NCBI GenBank assembly: GCA_963664395.2
Contig: OY761159.2
Location: forward strand, 2,176,001-2,240,000
Direction: 5' to 3'
Source: Candidatus Binatia bacterium
Lineage (GTDB): Bacteria > Desulfobacterota > Binatia > Bin18
Length of the DNA: 64,000 bases
Shown: positions 20,733 through 31,125 of the stretch, piece after piece
Layout: every line of letters begins with the position of its first letter
Position numbering within the stretch: position 1 is the stretch's first letter
Notes under the pieces: generated by a model
The model's database searches: none
What the model was told of the DNA's origin: nothing
What the model saw: the letters and a program-made list of their open reading frames with translations, nothing else
Made by a program: the position numbers and the translations under genes

Positions 20733-23264
20733 ATGGAAGACCATTCTGATTCCCTTCCCTCTGTCAACATTGAACAAGAGATGCGGCAGTCCTATATGGA
20801 CTACGCCATGAGTGTGATTATTGGTCGAGCACTGCCCGATGTCCGTGATGGACTGAAGCCTGTACACCGACGCGTCCTGTATGCCATGCACGACCTTGGG
20901 AATGAATGGAACCGCTCGTATAAGAAATCTGCCCGTGTTGTGGGTGACGTGATTGGGAAGTACCACCCACACGGAGATTCGGCTGTCTATGATACCCTTG
21001 TTCGCATGGCGCAGGATTTTTCGCTGCGTTACCCATTAATTGACGGTCAAGGAAACTTTGGCTCGGTTGATGGTGATCCCCCCGCTGCCATGCGGTATAC
21101 CGAAGTCCGCATGACCCGCATCACTTCTGAAGTGCTCGCCGATATTGACCGAGAGACAGTGAATTTCACACCGAATTATGACGATACAAGCCACGAACCC
21201 GCTGTTCTCCCAAGTAAACTTCCCAATCTACTCGTAAACGGCTCATCTGGAATTGCTGTGGGGATGTCAACCAACATCCCCCCTCACAACCTTGGCGAAG
21301 TGATTACTGCTCTCCTTGCTCTGATTGAGAACACGGCGCTCGAAAATCGTGATCTCATGCACTACATCCATGGTCCAGATTTTCCCACCGGAGCGTTCAT
21401 CCATGGACTATCCGGAGTACGGGACGCCTACGAAACCGGGCGAGGCATCGTTCAGATGCGGGCCCGGACAGCGATCGAGGAAGACGAGAAGACCGGAAAA
21501 AGCCGAATTATTGCGTACGAGATCCCTTACCAAGTGAATAAATCCCGCCTGATTGAGCGTATTGCTGATCTGGTGAATGAGAAGCGTATTACGGGAATCT
21601 CTGACCTGCGTGACGAGTCTGACAGAGAGGGAATGCGCATTGTTATCGAGTTGAAAAGAGATGTTGTCCCAAATGTCATTCTTAATCAGTTGTATAAAAT
21701 GACCCCCCTTCAGGATTCATTCGGGGTCATTCTTCTCGCCATTGTCGATGGCCGTCCTCGTCTCCTGACTCTCAAAGAGACACTCCTCCACTTTCTTGAA
21801 CATCGCCGAGAAGTAGTCCGACGCCGGACTGCTTTTGATCTTCGGAAAGCCGAAGAACGGCTGCACCTTCTTGAGGGGCTCAAAATCGCGCTGGATAACC
21901 TTGATCCGGTGCTCCAAACCATTCGCCAAGGGCAGAACGCGGCCGGTGTGCGACAAGCCCTTATGGGCCAATTTTCGCTGACTGAGACGCAAGCGCAGGC
22001 CATTCTTGATATGCGCTTGCAGCGACTCACGCAGCTGGAACAGGGGAAAATTCTGTCCGAGCATAGTGAAACGCGCAGTTTTATTGCTTCGTTGCAGAGT
22101 ACTCTGGCCAGTACGGAGAAGATTGACGGCGTGATCAAAGAGGAGCTGACTGATCTCCAGACCCGATTTTCTGACGAGCGGCGAACAGAGATCCTACCCG
22201 ACGGCGTAGACCTCTCGGACGAAGATTTGATTGCTGAAGAAGATGTAGTTGTGACCATATCACACGCCGGCTACATCAAAAGAATCCCAGTGACAGAATA
22301 CCGCTCGCAACGTCGGGGAGGAAAAGGGGTTGTTGGAGCAACAACCCGAGAAGAAGACTTTGTTGAGCACCTGTTCATCTCCTCTACACACGCCTTCCTG
22401 TTATTTTTCTCCTCAATTGGCAAAGTGTATTGGGTGAAAGTCCATGAACTTCCTCAAGGCAGCCGCATTGCAAAGGGAAAAGCCATAGTCAACCTGCTGC
22501 CTCTGCAAGCAGGAGAGAAAATTTCAGCCCTTCTCCCTATCCGAGAGTTCCAAGAAAACCGATTCCTTGTCTTTGCCACCCGCAAAGGACAAGTCAAGAA
22601 AACCGAGCTTATGTCGTATGCCAATCCGCGTCGTGGCGGAATCATCGCTCTTACTCTTGGGACCGATGACGAGGTTATCGGCGTCCAACTAACGGACGGT
22701 AAACAAGAGGTCCTCCTTTCGACAAAAAACGGAAAAGCGATCCGATTTACAGAAAAAGAAGTAAGAGCAACCGGGCGCGGCACATCCGGCGTCCGGGGTA
22801 TTACCCTTGAAGATGAGGATGACGTGGTCTCTCTTGAAATCCTCAATCAAGAGGCCACACTCCTCACTGTGTCATCTCAAGGGTATGGGAAGCGGAGCAG
22901 CATAGAGGAATACCGGGTGCAATCGCGCGCGGGGAAAGGAGTCAGTACAATGCGCACCACGGACAAGACCGGAGAGGTCTGTGGTGTGCGGCAGGTGAAG
23001 GAAGACGATGACTTGATGCTCGTGACGGATAGTGGCAAGATAATACGGCTTCGGGTCGCTGAGTTGCGGGTGATTGGCAGAAATACCCAAGGCGTGAAAC
23101 TCTTTAACGTTGGTGCGGATGGACACGTCTCCAGTCTCGCGCTGGTAGCAGAAGAGGAAGAAGAGGAAGTCGAAGAGGAAGTCGAAGAGGAAGTCGCGCC
23201 AAGGGGAGCCGAAAACGGAGAAGAAGTTCTCAATTCACAGAGAATAGAGGAGCAACAGCTATGA
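20733..23264 (+). CDS. gyrA: DNA gyrase subunit A
   Basis: [23 protein letters not shown], GyrA-box QRRGGKG, acidic tail. Confidence 0.98.
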   Translation: MEDHSDSLPSVNIEQEMRQSYMDYAMSVIIGRALPDVRDGLKPVHRRVLYAMHDLGNEWNRSYKKSARVVGDVIGKYHPHGDSAVYDTLVRMAQDFSLRYPLIDGQGNFGSVDGDPPAAMRYTEVRMTRITSEVLADIDRETVNFTPNYDDTSHEPAVLPSKLPNLLVNGSSGIAVGMSTNIPPHNLGEVITALLALIENTALENRDLMHYIHGPDFPTGAFIHGLSGVRDAYETGRGIVQMRARTAIEEDEKTGKSRIIAYEIPYQVNKSRLIERIADLVNEKRITGISDLRDESDREGMRIVIELKRDVVPNVILNQLYKMTPLQDSFGVILLAIVDGRPRLLTLKETLLHFLEHRREVVRRRTAFDLRKAEERLHLLEGLKIALDNLDPVLQTIRQGQNAAGVRQALMGQFSLTETQAQAILDMRLQRLTQLEQGKILSEHSETRSFIASLQSTLASTEKIDGVIKEELTDLQTRFSDERRTEILPDGVDLSDEDLIAEEDVVVTISHAGYIKRIPVTEYRSQRRGGKGVVGATTREEDFVEHLFISSTHAFLLFFSSIGKVYWVKVHELPQGSRIAKGKAIVNLLPLQAGEKISALLPIREFQENRFLVFATRKGQVKKTELMSYANPRRGGIIALTLGTDDEVIGVQLTDGKQEVLLSTKNGKAIRFTEKEVRATGRGTSGVRGITLEDEDDVVSLEILNQEATLLTVSSQGYGKRSSIEEYRVQSRAGKGVSTMRTTDKTGEVCGVRQVKEDDDLMLVTDSGKIIRLRVAELRVIGRNTQGVKLFNVGADGHVSSLALVAEEEEEEVEEEVEEEVAPRGAENGEEVLNSQRIEEQQL

Positions 23265-23731
23265 GCATTCAGGTGGGCCAAACGGCACCGGATTTCACCC
23301 TCAAGACAAACAAGATGCAGGATTTTGCACTCAACGAGGCAAAGGGGAAGAAGAATACCGTCATCCTTTTTGTTCCTTTTGCCTTTACAGGTGGTTGAAC
23401 GAAGGAATTGTGCTCGGTTCGAGACAATATCAACACGTTGCAGAATGACGAGACCCAGGTTGTGGCCATTAGTGTGGATAGCCCTTTCTCGCTTGACGCC
23501 TGGGCGGCGAAGGAAGGCTATGATTTTCCACTGCTGAGTGACTTTAATAAGGAAGTTTCTCAAGCGTACGGGTCGTTCTATGAAAACCTGCTTGTTTTCA
23601 ACGGCGTCTCTAAACGTTCGGCCTTTGTCGTGGATAAGAGCGGGACAGTCCAGTACGCCTGGATTACAGAAGATGCCAGCCAGCTTCCTGAACTTGCTCC
23701 CATACGAGACTGTTTACAGCATTGTGGATAA
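23261..23731 (+). CDS. Peroxiredoxin (AhpC/TSA; BCP/AhpE-like) with in-frame TGA at the peroxidatic position: probable selenoprotein, 156 aa
   Basis: SD GAGGAG and ATGA overlap with the gyrA stop; [14 protein letters not shown]...PFAFTGG-TGA(23396-23398)-TKELC...[19 protein letters not shown], all in one frame. Confidence 0.85.
23407..23428 (+). promoter_or_regulatory. Candidate bacterial SECIS hairpin
   Basis: ATTGT(G)CTCG-GTT-CGAGACAAT stem-loop with a GU-containing apical loop about 18 nt after the UGA. Confidence 0.6.
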
Positions 23732-23754
23732 GGCGGTATAGCGTTCCGAGAACT

Positions 23755-23782
23755 GTAAGGGCGGGGCTCACTCCGCCCTTAC
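23755..23782. repeat. REP-like palindrome / possible terminator
   Basis: GTAAGGGCGG-8nt-CCGCCCTTAC between convergent genes. Confidence 0.65.
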
Positions 23783-24022
23783 TTTCCCCCCTTTTCCCTG
23801 TATCGCGAGGAGGAGAAGGAGAGTGAGGGCCCAGACGCCAAAAAGCAGCCCGCCGATGACCCAGGGATAGTGTGAGCGCGCACTTTTCTTGGCAATGAGG
23901 CCGCAGGCAATTCCGTCAAAAAAGTGAATAAAGAGCGCAGTCCCGGCAAGAGTGGAAAAGTCCATTGTCTTGTCGAGGAAACGTAAGCCGGTGAAATACC
24001 CAAGAAGAACTTCGAAATCCAC
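23768..24022 (-). CDS. Small hypothetical membrane protein
   Basis: 84 aa with two hydrophobic segments; SD GGGGAG before GTG. Confidence 0.6.
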   Translation of the reverse strand: MDFEVLLGYFTGLRFLDKTMDFSTLAGTALFIHFFDGIACGLIAKKSARSHYPWVIGGLLFGVWALTLLLLLAIQGKGGKVRAE

Positions 24023-24145
24023 ACTATCTCCCCCAGAAGTATCGAGAATCCCAAATTTAATCAGAAAGTTATTCTCTATATTTCTGCATTCCTGACAACA
24101 TTGTTATAGTCTGATTTTCCTCAGCGGAAAACCTTCCTTAGGGCC

Positions 24146-24484
24146 ATGGACGAAGAGAGAACTGTTTTCGAGAAGCTGTACGAGGCAAATAGAGAGAACT
24201 TTACCAACCTTGTAAAGGACCTCTTTGCACAGGTTCCTATGCACGACGTTATGGAGGAGACGTTGCGGAACGCGACACAAGCGAAAGAAGAAGTCGCCCA
24301 AAATATGGAGGCGTTACTCTCCCTTCTGAATATGCCCTCCAAAACAGACTACGAGCATTTGCTTGAAAAGATCGAAGAAGTCCAAGGCAGCCTTCTCAAT
24401 ATCAATATGAAACTCGATCGTGTACTCGCGAAAAAAGACAAGAAGCGCCGGCAGCCTGCCAACAAAAAAAAGGCCAAAAAATAA
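24146..24484 (+). CDS. Hypothetical coiled-coil protein (phasin/PHA-granule-associated-like)
   Basis: LNMPSKTDY followed by heptads and a Lys-rich tail; family assignment tentative. Confidence 0.55.
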   Translation: MDEERTVFEKLYEANRENFTNLVKDLFAQVPMHDVMEETLRNATQAKEEVAQNMEALLSLLNMPSKTDYEHLLEKIEEVQGSLLNINMKLDRVLAKKDKKRRQPANKKKAKK

Positions 24485-24523
24485 GAAAGGTTTCAGTCAC
24501 CGCGTGACGGTGACTATTCAGTA

Positions 24524-25216
24524 ATGGCATCGCCTATTCGTACCTGGCCCGAATCTGACCGACCGCGCGAGAAGCTCATTGAGCACGGTTCGGCAACCCT
24601 CTCCAAAGCAGAACTCCTCGCCATCATCCTCCGCACTGGTGACGCAAGTTCGGGCCAGAGTGCGCTCGATCACGGCCGCACCCTTGTCTCCCGTTTTGGC
24701 GACTCATTCCGAAAACTGGAAGAGGCGAGCATAGCCGAACTGTGTGAGGTCAAAGGGATAGGGCCGGCAAAGGCCGCCCAGATAAAAGCCTCCTTGGAGA
24801 TTGCTAAGCGTTTCTCACAAGAAGAAATTCGGCGTGGGGCGTCTTTCCGTTCCAGTGCGGAAGTCTTCAATCACTACCGTGAACAACTCGGCAGCCTCAA
24901 AAAAGAAGAGTTTCACGTACTCCTACTGGACGCCAAGAACAGAAAACTCAAAGACGTGCGTATCTCGGAGGGGTCTTTGACCTCTTCCTTAGTACATCCC
25001 CGCGAGGTCTTTCAGCCCATCATCCGCGAGTCAGCCGCCGCGGCTATCCTGGTGCATAACCACCCCAGTGGCGACCCCATGCCGAGCCAGGAAGACCTCC
25101 AGATCACGCAACGTCTCAGAGAGGTTGGGGAGGTCATGGGCGTCCACATCCTGGACCATCTTATTATTGGCAAAGGTCGCTATATCAGCTTTGTCGACGA
25201 CGGGTACTGGGATTAG
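24524..25216 (+). CDS. radC: RadC-family JAB-domain protein
   Basis: RPREKL, ELLAIILRTG, KGIGPAKA, VHPREVF, HNHPSGDP, LDHLIIG. Confidence 0.93.
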   Translation: MASPIRTWPESDRPREKLIEHGSATLSKAELLAIILRTGDASSGQSALDHGRTLVSRFGDSFRKLEEASIAELCEVKGIGPAKAAQIKASLEIAKRFSQEEIRRGASFRSSAEVFNHYREQLGSLKKEEFHVLLLDAKNRKLKDVRISEGSLTSSLVHPREVFQPIIRESAAAAILVHNHPSGDPMPSQEDLQITQRLREVGEVMGVHILDHLIIGKGRYISFVDDGYWD

Positions 25217-25235
25217 GGGGCAAGAAGTCGAAACA

Positions 25236-26081
25236 ATGGGACTCAATCGGGACCTGCTTGGCAAAGAGTACGACCCACAGGAGTATGTTGTCAGCGCTGC
25301 GGCAACCACGGCATACGCGCGTGCGTATAATGAGGATAACGTCTGGTTTTTTGATGCAGACAAACCCGGCGGCGTTCTTGCACCACCGCTGTTTGGCGCG
25401 GCCGCAAGCTGGCTCTCGCTGATAATGGTTGTGACCGACGCTGAGCTGAATGTCGATGTCTTACGTTTGGTTCACAGCCAGCAAGATATGCGTTTTTTCC
25501 ATCCTATTGTTCCTGGAGACATCGTCACCAGTACGGCGAAAATTGTAGCAATAGAGGAGCAGCGGGGGGGCGAGTCTCTCGCCATTGATCTCCACTGTCG
25601 CAATCAGACAGGCGAGATCGTCCAGCACATCACGTTTACCGCCTTTATTCGAGGACAAGGACGCCGCCAACGTAGGGTAGCACCAACCGCTGGGACTCCC
25701 GATCGTGAACCTCTGCATCGTGTATCCCAGACCATCGACGCGGCTCAAACAGTGCGCTATGCGGAAGCATCCGGCGACCGCAATCCCATTCATGTGGACG
25801 AGAATGTTGCCAGGCTGGCAGGACTGCCAGGCATTGTCGTCCACGGCCTGTGCACGATGGCGTTTGCCTCAAAAGCGATTATTGACAGCGTATGTGAAAG
25901 GGACCCGCGCCGGCTCAGGCGTCTTAGCGCCGGGTTCGCCCGGCCGGTACTTCCCGGGCAGACGATCACGACAAGTATATGGCCGGATGAGAATTCCGGG
26001 ACGTATCGGTATGAGACCGCTAATTCCGATGGCCGGGCCGTGATACAGCCCGGCTACGCTGAGATTGCGCAGGTCGTGTAG
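25236..26081 (+). CDS. Double hot-dog MaoC-family (R)-enoyl-CoA hydratase-like protein
   Basis: YAEASGDRNPIHVD..A..AGLPGIVVHGLCT; ATG at 25236 (the longer ORF overlaps radC). Confidence 0.85.
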   Translation: MGLNRDLLGKEYDPQEYVVSAAATTAYARAYNEDNVWFFDADKPGGVLAPPLFGAAASWLSLIMVVTDAELNVDVLRLVHSQQDMRFFHPIVPGDIVTSTAKIVAIEEQRGGESLAIDLHCRNQTGEIVQHITFTAFIRGQGRRQRRVAPTAGTPDREPLHRVSQTIDAAQTVRYAEASGDRNPIHVDENVARLAGLPGIVVHGLCTMAFASKAIIDSVCERDPRRLRRLSAGFARPVLPGQTITTSIWPDENSGTYRYETANSDGRAVIQPGYAEIAQVV

Positions 26082-26109
26082 TAGGGGCTGGTTTCAAACC
26101 CGTCCCTAT
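26081..26109. repeat. GTAG-type REP-like palindrome
   Basis: GTAGGGGCTGGTTTCAAACCCGTCCCTAT; its reverse complement nearly matches 31089-31116. Confidence 0.75.
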
Positions 26110-26546
26110 TAGAACGGCACGTCATCATCCGGAGGGACTGAGCCCGCCCCAGCATCATCAAACCCGCCCCCCGGTTCATCATCTAACGACTGGCCCGAAC
26201 GTGTGCCCCCGCCGTCACGGCTGCCGAGGAACGTCACTTGCTGAGCGTTGATCTCAGTGAAATAGCGTTCCTTCCCTTCTCTATCCTCAAACTTCCGCGT
26301 CTGGATACGCCCCTCGATATAGACCTGCCGGCCTTTGGACAGATATTGTCCGCACGTCTCGGCCTGCTTGCCCCAGACCACGATGTTGTGCCACTCCGTG
26401 CGTTCCTGACGGCCATTTTCCCGGTCCATCCACGTATCTGTCGTGGCAACAGAAAATCGTGCCATGGCCTGTCCACTTTGCGTAAAGCGCACCTCCGGGT
26501 CTTTCCCAAGATTCCCAACAATAATCGCTTTGTTCACCGAAGCCAT
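26109..26546 (-). CDS. ssb: Single-stranded DNA-binding protein
   Basis: MASVNKAIIVGNLGKDPE, TEWHNIV, C-terminal DDDVPF; SD GGAGG. Confidence 0.97.
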   Translation of the reverse strand: MASVNKAIIVGNLGKDPEVRFTQSGQAMARFSVATTDTWMDRENGRQERTEWHNIVVWGKQAETCGQYLSKGRQVYIEGRIQTRKFEDREGKERYFTEINAQQVTFLGSRDGGGTRSGQSLDDEPGGGFDDAGAGSVPPDDDVPF

Positions 26547-26678
26547 GGCGGTATCCTCCCTGGCGGACAACCTACCAACCTCGTTTTTTGAAGTCAATCA
26601 GATTGCCTGAGGCGGGCAGTGGGGATTGTTGCTCTTCTCTGGCTCGCCTATATTCGTTCAGGTCTGCATGAGGAAAAT

Positions 26679-28430
26679 ATGATGCTGAGGGCGCGAACTT
26701 TCCAAAGAGTAGAGCAGGTTGTCTTATTGCTGGTCTTATCCAGCCCTCTTACCGGGCTGGCATACGGTGCTGATTCTCCCTTCATTGCCACCTCCCAGCA
26801 CGGCATGGTTGCTGCTGCGAACGCGCCGGCGAGCGAGGCTGGCGTGGACATGCTCCGCCGAGGAGGCAATGCGGTTGATGCCGCGGTTGCCTCCTCATTT
26901 GCAATCAGTGTGCTCAGGCCACAATCAACCGGAATAGGCGGCGGTGGTTTTCTGTTGCTCTATCTGGCTGAAGACCAAAAAACGTGGGCGATTGATTTCC
27001 GCGAACGGGCTCCGCTCAAAGCCACACGAGACATGTTTGTCCGGGACGGAAAAACCGTCCCCTCCCTGAGCCGAACCGGACCACTTGCCGTAGCCGTGCC
27101 GGGCATGGTCGCCGGACTGGTGGAAGTCCAGCGCCGATTTGGGCACTTGTCGCTCGAAGAGGTCATGCAGCCAGCCCTCCGTCTGGCAGAAGACGGCTTC
27201 CCTGTCTATCCGCATTTGGCCAGGGCTATAGCCTACCGGGCTGAGACGTTGGGCGCATCCGAGGCAACCCGTAGGGTATATTTCCACAACGATCAGCCGC
27301 TTGAGCAAGGTGCTCTCTTTGTCCAAAAAGACTTAGCCAGCACCCTGCGCGCCATTGCCAAGGACGGCAAAGACGCCTTTTACACCGGCCAGGTGGCAAA
27401 GGCGATTGTCGCGGAAATGCAACGGATAGGCGGCTTGCTGACCCAGGATGATTTGGATCAGTATAGCGTGATTGACCGCGCGCCGGTGACTGGAACTTTT
27501 CAGGGTGCGCGTATCGATTCTATGCCGCCGCCGAGTTCTGGGGGCGTCCTGCTTGTACAGATGCTGAATGTCTTGTCAGGATTTCCGTTACAAAAGCTCG
27601 GCTTCCAAACACCTGGAGCCACGCATATCCTGACAGAAACCCTGCGGGCGGCCTTCCGCGACAGGGCTCGCTACCTGGGCGATGCGGACTTTGTGTCGGT
27701 TCCTATTGAACGCCTCGTCTCGCCTGCATATGCACAAGACGTACGGGCGAAGATAGATGTCTCCAAAGCCACGCCCAGTCAGGGCATTCCGCAAACACCA
27801 ACAGGACAGATGGAGTCCACGAGCACGACGCATCTGTCCGCGATTGACAAAGCTGGAAACGCCGTCGCCACAACCCAGACTGTGAATTTGTATTTTGGTA
27901 GCGGGGTACTGGTTCCTGGGACCGGTATTATGCTCAACGATGAGATGGACGACTTCAACGCCCAGCCCGATCAACCCAACGCCTTTGGCCTGATCGGCAA
28001 TACGGACGCGAATGCTATTGCGCCCCGGAAAACGCCGCTGAGCAGCATGAGTCCAACCATCGTTACCCGGGACGGAAAAGTCGAACTCGTGATCGGCGGG
28101 CCAGGTGGATCGCGCATCATCAGCTCGGTACTGCAAGTCATGCTCAATGTCCTCGCCTACCAGATGTCCTTGCCGGATGCCATGTTTGCCACGCGCATTC
28201 ATCATCAGTGGTATCCGGACAGGCTGAATCTGGAAGTACAGACAGGCAGTGAATCGAACGGGCTTGCCGAAGCGCTTCAGGCTATGGGCCACAATGTGGA
28301 AGTCGTGGAATGGGGTCCCGGCAAGCGTTCCCGCTTTGGCAACATCCAGGCGATTCATGTTGACCGGGAGTCCGGTCTGATAACGGGGGTCTCCGACCCT
28401 CGTGGGGAAGGACAACCGCGCGGCTTATAG
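26679..28430 (+). CDS. ggt: Gamma-glutamyltranspeptidase, with signal peptide
   Basis: GGNAVDAA, GIGGGGF, DFRERAP, autocatalytic TTHLS, LNDEMDDF, PLSSMSP, SDPR. Confidence 0.93.
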   Translation: MMLRARTFQRVEQVVLLLVLSSPLTGLAYGADSPFIATSQHGMVAAANAPASEAGVDMLRRGGNAVDAAVASSFAISVLRPQSTGIGGGGFLLLYLAEDQKTWAIDFRERAPLKATRDMFVRDGKTVPSLSRTGPLAVAVPGMVAGLVEVQRRFGHLSLEEVMQPALRLAEDGFPVYPHLARAIAYRAETLGASEATRRVYFHNDQPLEQGALFVQKDLASTLRAIAKDGKDAFYTGQVAKAIVAEMQRIGGLLTQDDLDQYSVIDRAPVTGTFQGARIDSMPPPSSGGVLLVQMLNVLSGFPLQKLGFQTPGATHILTETLRAAFRDRARYLGDADFVSVPIERLVSPAYAQDVRAKIDVSKATPSQGIPQTPTGQMESTSTTHLSAIDKAGNAVATTQTVNLYFGSGVLVPGTGIMLNDEMDDFNAQPDQPNAFGLIGNTDANAIAPRKTPLSSMSPTIVTRDGKVELVIGGPGGSRIISSVLQVMLNVLAYQMSLPDAMFATRIHHQWYPDRLNLEVQTGSESNGLAEALQAMGHNVEVVEWGPGKRSRFGNIQAIHVDRESGLITGVSDPRGEGQPRGL

Positions 28431-28438
28431 AATAAGAA

Positions 28439-28489
28439 GTAGGGTGCGCCCTGCGCACTAAGCAAAGTGGTGCATGGGATGCACCTTAC
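28439..28489. repeat. Inverted REP-like doublet
   Basis: GTAGGGTGCGCCCTGCGCAC, short spacer, GGTGCATGGGATGCACCTTAC. Confidence 0.7.
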
Positions 28490-28528
28490 AAAGGGATAAA
28501 GCCAGTTTTTGTGCGAAGGGAGTCTGCC

Positions 28529-29710
28529 GTGGCGAATTTTATTGACACCGATTTTTACCAGATTGAAGAGCTGCTGAGTGAAGAAGAACGTATGGTGCGC
28601 AATGTGGCGCGCCGTTTCGTGGATGAAGAATTCATGCCACGGGTTCAGCAGTGTTTCCGCGAAGGCTCTTTTCCCATGGAACTCGTCCCGCGACTGGCCG
28701 AGCTGGGCTTCTTGGGTATGACTGTTCCAACCGAATACGGCGGCGCCGGTATGAACAGCGTTGTCTACGGCTTGGTCAGCCAGGAGCTTGAGCGCGGGGA
28801 TAGCGGGCTCCGCTCATTCGCCAGCGTACAGTCGTCGTTGGTGATGTATCCGATTTTGACGTTCGGCTCGGAGAAGCAAAAGCAATATTGGCTACCGCGT
28901 CTGGCAAAGGCTGAGGCGATTGGCTGCTTCGGGCTGACGGAACCGGACTTTGGCTCAAATCCAAGTGGGATGATAACCCGCGCGCGGCAGGAAAACGGTG
29001 GCTATGTCCTCAATGGAACCAAGCGTTGGATCACCAATGGTTCGATCTCTGATGTGGCCGTGGTGTGGGCCAAGCTTGAAGAGGACGGTAGAGATGTCAT
29101 TCGCGGCTTCCTGGTCGAAAAAGAACGCGCCGGCTTCACGCGGCAAAACATTGACGGAAAATTCAGTTTTCGGGCGTCCGTGACCTCGGAGCTGATTTTC
29201 GAGGACTGTTGGATTCCTGAAGACAATCTTCTGCCACAATCCGGCGGCCTCAAATCCCCGCTCATGTGCCTGACCCAAGCGCGCTACGGTATTTCCTGGG
29301 GTGCGACCGGGGCGGCCATGGCCTGTTACGAGTGCGCGGTCGATTACGCCCAAAACCGCAAGATGTTCTCGCGGCCGATTGGGGGCTATCAGCTCGTGCA
29401 GGCCAAACTCGTCACCATGCTGACTGAGATCACGAAAGCGCAGCTTCTGGCCTACCGGCTGGGCCGGCTCAAAGACGCCGGCAAGATGCGGCCGGACCAG
29501 GTCAGCATGGCCAAGATGAATAATGTTTCGACCGCGTTGCACACCACGCGGCTCGCTCGGGACATTCTGGGTGGAAACGGCATCACGGATGAGTATCCGA
29601 TTATTCGGCACCTGCTTAACCTTGAGACGGTCAATACCTACGAGGGCACCGAGGATATCCACCGCCTGACGCTTGGTCGCTATATTACCGGGTTGAGTGC
29701 GTTTGAGTGA
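28529..29710 (+). CDS. Acyl-CoA dehydrogenase, glutaryl-CoA dehydrogenase-like
   Basis: ELERGDSGLRSFASVQSSLVM, GCFGLTEPDFGSNP, ETVNTYEGT. Confidence 0.88.
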   Translation: MANFIDTDFYQIEELLSEEERMVRNVARRFVDEEFMPRVQQCFREGSFPMELVPRLAELGFLGMTVPTEYGGAGMNSVVYGLVSQELERGDSGLRSFASVQSSLVMYPILTFGSEKQKQYWLPRLAKAEAIGCFGLTEPDFGSNPSGMITRARQENGGYVLNGTKRWITNGSISDVAVVWAKLEEDGRDVIRGFLVEKERAGFTRQNIDGKFSFRASVTSELIFEDCWIPEDNLLPQSGGLKSPLMCLTQARYGISWGATGAAMACYECAVDYAQNRKMFSRPIGGYQLVQAKLVTMLTEITKAQLLAYRLGRLKDAGKMRPDQVSMAKMNNVSTALHTTRLARDILGGNGITDEYPIIRHLLNLETVNTYEGTEDIHRLTLGRYITGLSAFE

Positions 29711-30435
29711 GCGCCTTAGCCTATGAGGCAAAGAGTAAACGTGCCAACAGCTTTGTATGTGTTGGAGGGCACGTTTACTCTTCGGAGCCTATTGAGGTCG
29801 TCATCGGCTCACGCACGCTGACCCTGCTCCGCGTCAAAGACCTTGAGCGGATGGTTGACCGCGAGGCCCTGCTGCAAGACGACACGGAGGAGCCGCCGTA
29901 CTGGGCCCATCTGTGGACCGGCGCGCTGACCCTGGCGCGCTATATTGACTCTTTCATCGATGTGCGAGACCAGACCGTGCTCGATCTCGGTTGTGGACTT
30001 GGGTTGACCGGCATCATCGCCGCGCAAAAAGGCGGACGGGTCACCTTTGCCGACAAAGAAGTCGACGCTGTGTCTTTTGCGCGTGAGAACGCGCGGTTAA
30101 ACGGATGTACGCAATACGAGGCGAGACCGCTCGACTTTACCCAGGATGTCCTGGATACCCGTTTCTCGCTCATCTGTGGTGCGGAGATTTTATACGATAG
30201 GCCGACCTTCCCCGCCCTGGTGCGTTTTCTCGCAACGCATCTCTCCCCCGCCGGGCGGGCAATCCTGTCTGATGCCAAACGGACGAATACCCAGGACTTT
30301 TACCAGCAGCTTGACCAAGCAGGGTTGCAATGGACCCAGGAAGAGGTGCCTGAGCGGGAAGACCACTTGCCCCTGCCCGTCACCATTGTCACCATACAAG
30401 GGGGAGAGGGAGGATACAGCAGTGGTGACGAATAG
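29707..30435 (+). CDS. Class I SAM-dependent methyltransferase (protein-lysine/nicotinamide N-methylase-like)
   Basis: PYWAHLW, VLDLGCGLG, GAEILYD. Confidence 0.85.
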   Translation: MSALAYEAKSKRANSFVCVGGHVYSSEPIEVVIGSRTLTLLRVKDLERMVDREALLQDDTEEPPYWAHLWTGALTLARYIDSFIDVRDQTVLDLGCGLGLTGIIAAQKGGRVTFADKEVDAVSFARENARLNGCTQYEARPLDFTQDVLDTRFSLICGAEILYDRPTFPALVRFLATHLSPAGRAILSDAKRTNTQDFYQQLDQAGLQWTQEEVPEREDHLPLPVTIVTIQGGEGGYSSGDE

Positions 30436-31081
30436 AACAATTTCTCGGGTGATCGGTATCCTGCGTCACTCATCTGCGGACTGGCACGCGCCTGTTGTGA
30501 CGGAAATGGCGGGGTTTTCACGTGATCCATACCAGGTGTTGATCGCATGTCTGCTGAGTTTGCGGACCAAAGATGAAACAACCGGCCCTGCGGCACGGCG
30601 GTTGTTTGCCCTGGCTTATACGCCTGAAAAAATGGTTACCCTTACGCCAGCTCAAGTGAAGAAGGCGATTTATCCGGTTGGGTTCTATAAAACAAAGGCG
30701 CAAACCGTGCTCGATGTCTCCCAGAGGATACTTGATGCCTATGCGGGCCGAGTCCCTGACGACATAGACGAACTCTTGACTTTTAAGGGCGTGGGCCGGA
30801 AAACTGCGAATCTCGTTGTGACCCTGGGATTTCAAAAACCGGGGATTTGTGTAGACACGCACGTCCACCGCATCTCTAACCGTTGGGGGTATGTTGAAAC
30901 GGACAATCCGGAAAAGACAGAAATGGCCCTGCGTGGCATGCTGCCCAAGCGTTTCTGGATCGGCTATAACGACCTGCTGGTCGCTTTTGGACAGACCGTG
31001 TGTCATCCAACTTCACCCAAGTGTAGCGAATGTCCGATTGAGCGGTTTTGCGAAAAAATCGGGGTGGAGCGGAGTCGGTAA
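30422..31081 (+). CDS. nth: Endonuclease III
   Basis: HhH GVGRKTAN, VDTHVHR, C-terminal C-x6-C-x2-C-x5-C Fe-S motif; GTG after SD GGAGG. Confidence 0.93.
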   Translation: MVTNRTISRVIGILRHSSADWHAPVVTEMAGFSRDPYQVLIACLLSLRTKDETTGPAARRLFALAYTPEKMVTLTPAQVKKAIYPVGFYKTKAQTVLDVSQRILDAYAGRVPDDIDELLTFKGVGRKTANLVVTLGFQKPGICVDTHVHRISNRWGYVETDNPEKTEMALRGMLPKRFWIGYNDLLVAFGQTVCHPTSPKCSECPIERFCEKIGVERSR

Positions 31082-31088
31082 TCGATAA

Positions 31089-31116
31089 GTAGGGACGGGT
31101 TTGAAACCTCCCCTAC
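31089..31116. repeat. GTAG-type REP-like palindrome
   Basis: GTAGGGACGGGTTTGAAACCTCCCCTAC. Confidence 0.75.
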
Positions 31117-31125
31117 GAGCATATT

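Noticed and set aside
23150-23196. GAAGAGGAAGTC repeats at the gyrA 3' end
   Set aside because: They encode the ordinary low-complexity acidic tail of GyrA.
23723-23731. Isolated perfect DnaA box at the peroxiredoxin stop
   Set aside because: A single 9-mer without a cluster is not enough to call a datA/DARS-like site.
24524-25216. radC as a marker of a mobile element
   Set aside because: It is the full-length chromosomal type with N-terminal HhH and sits among housekeeping genes.
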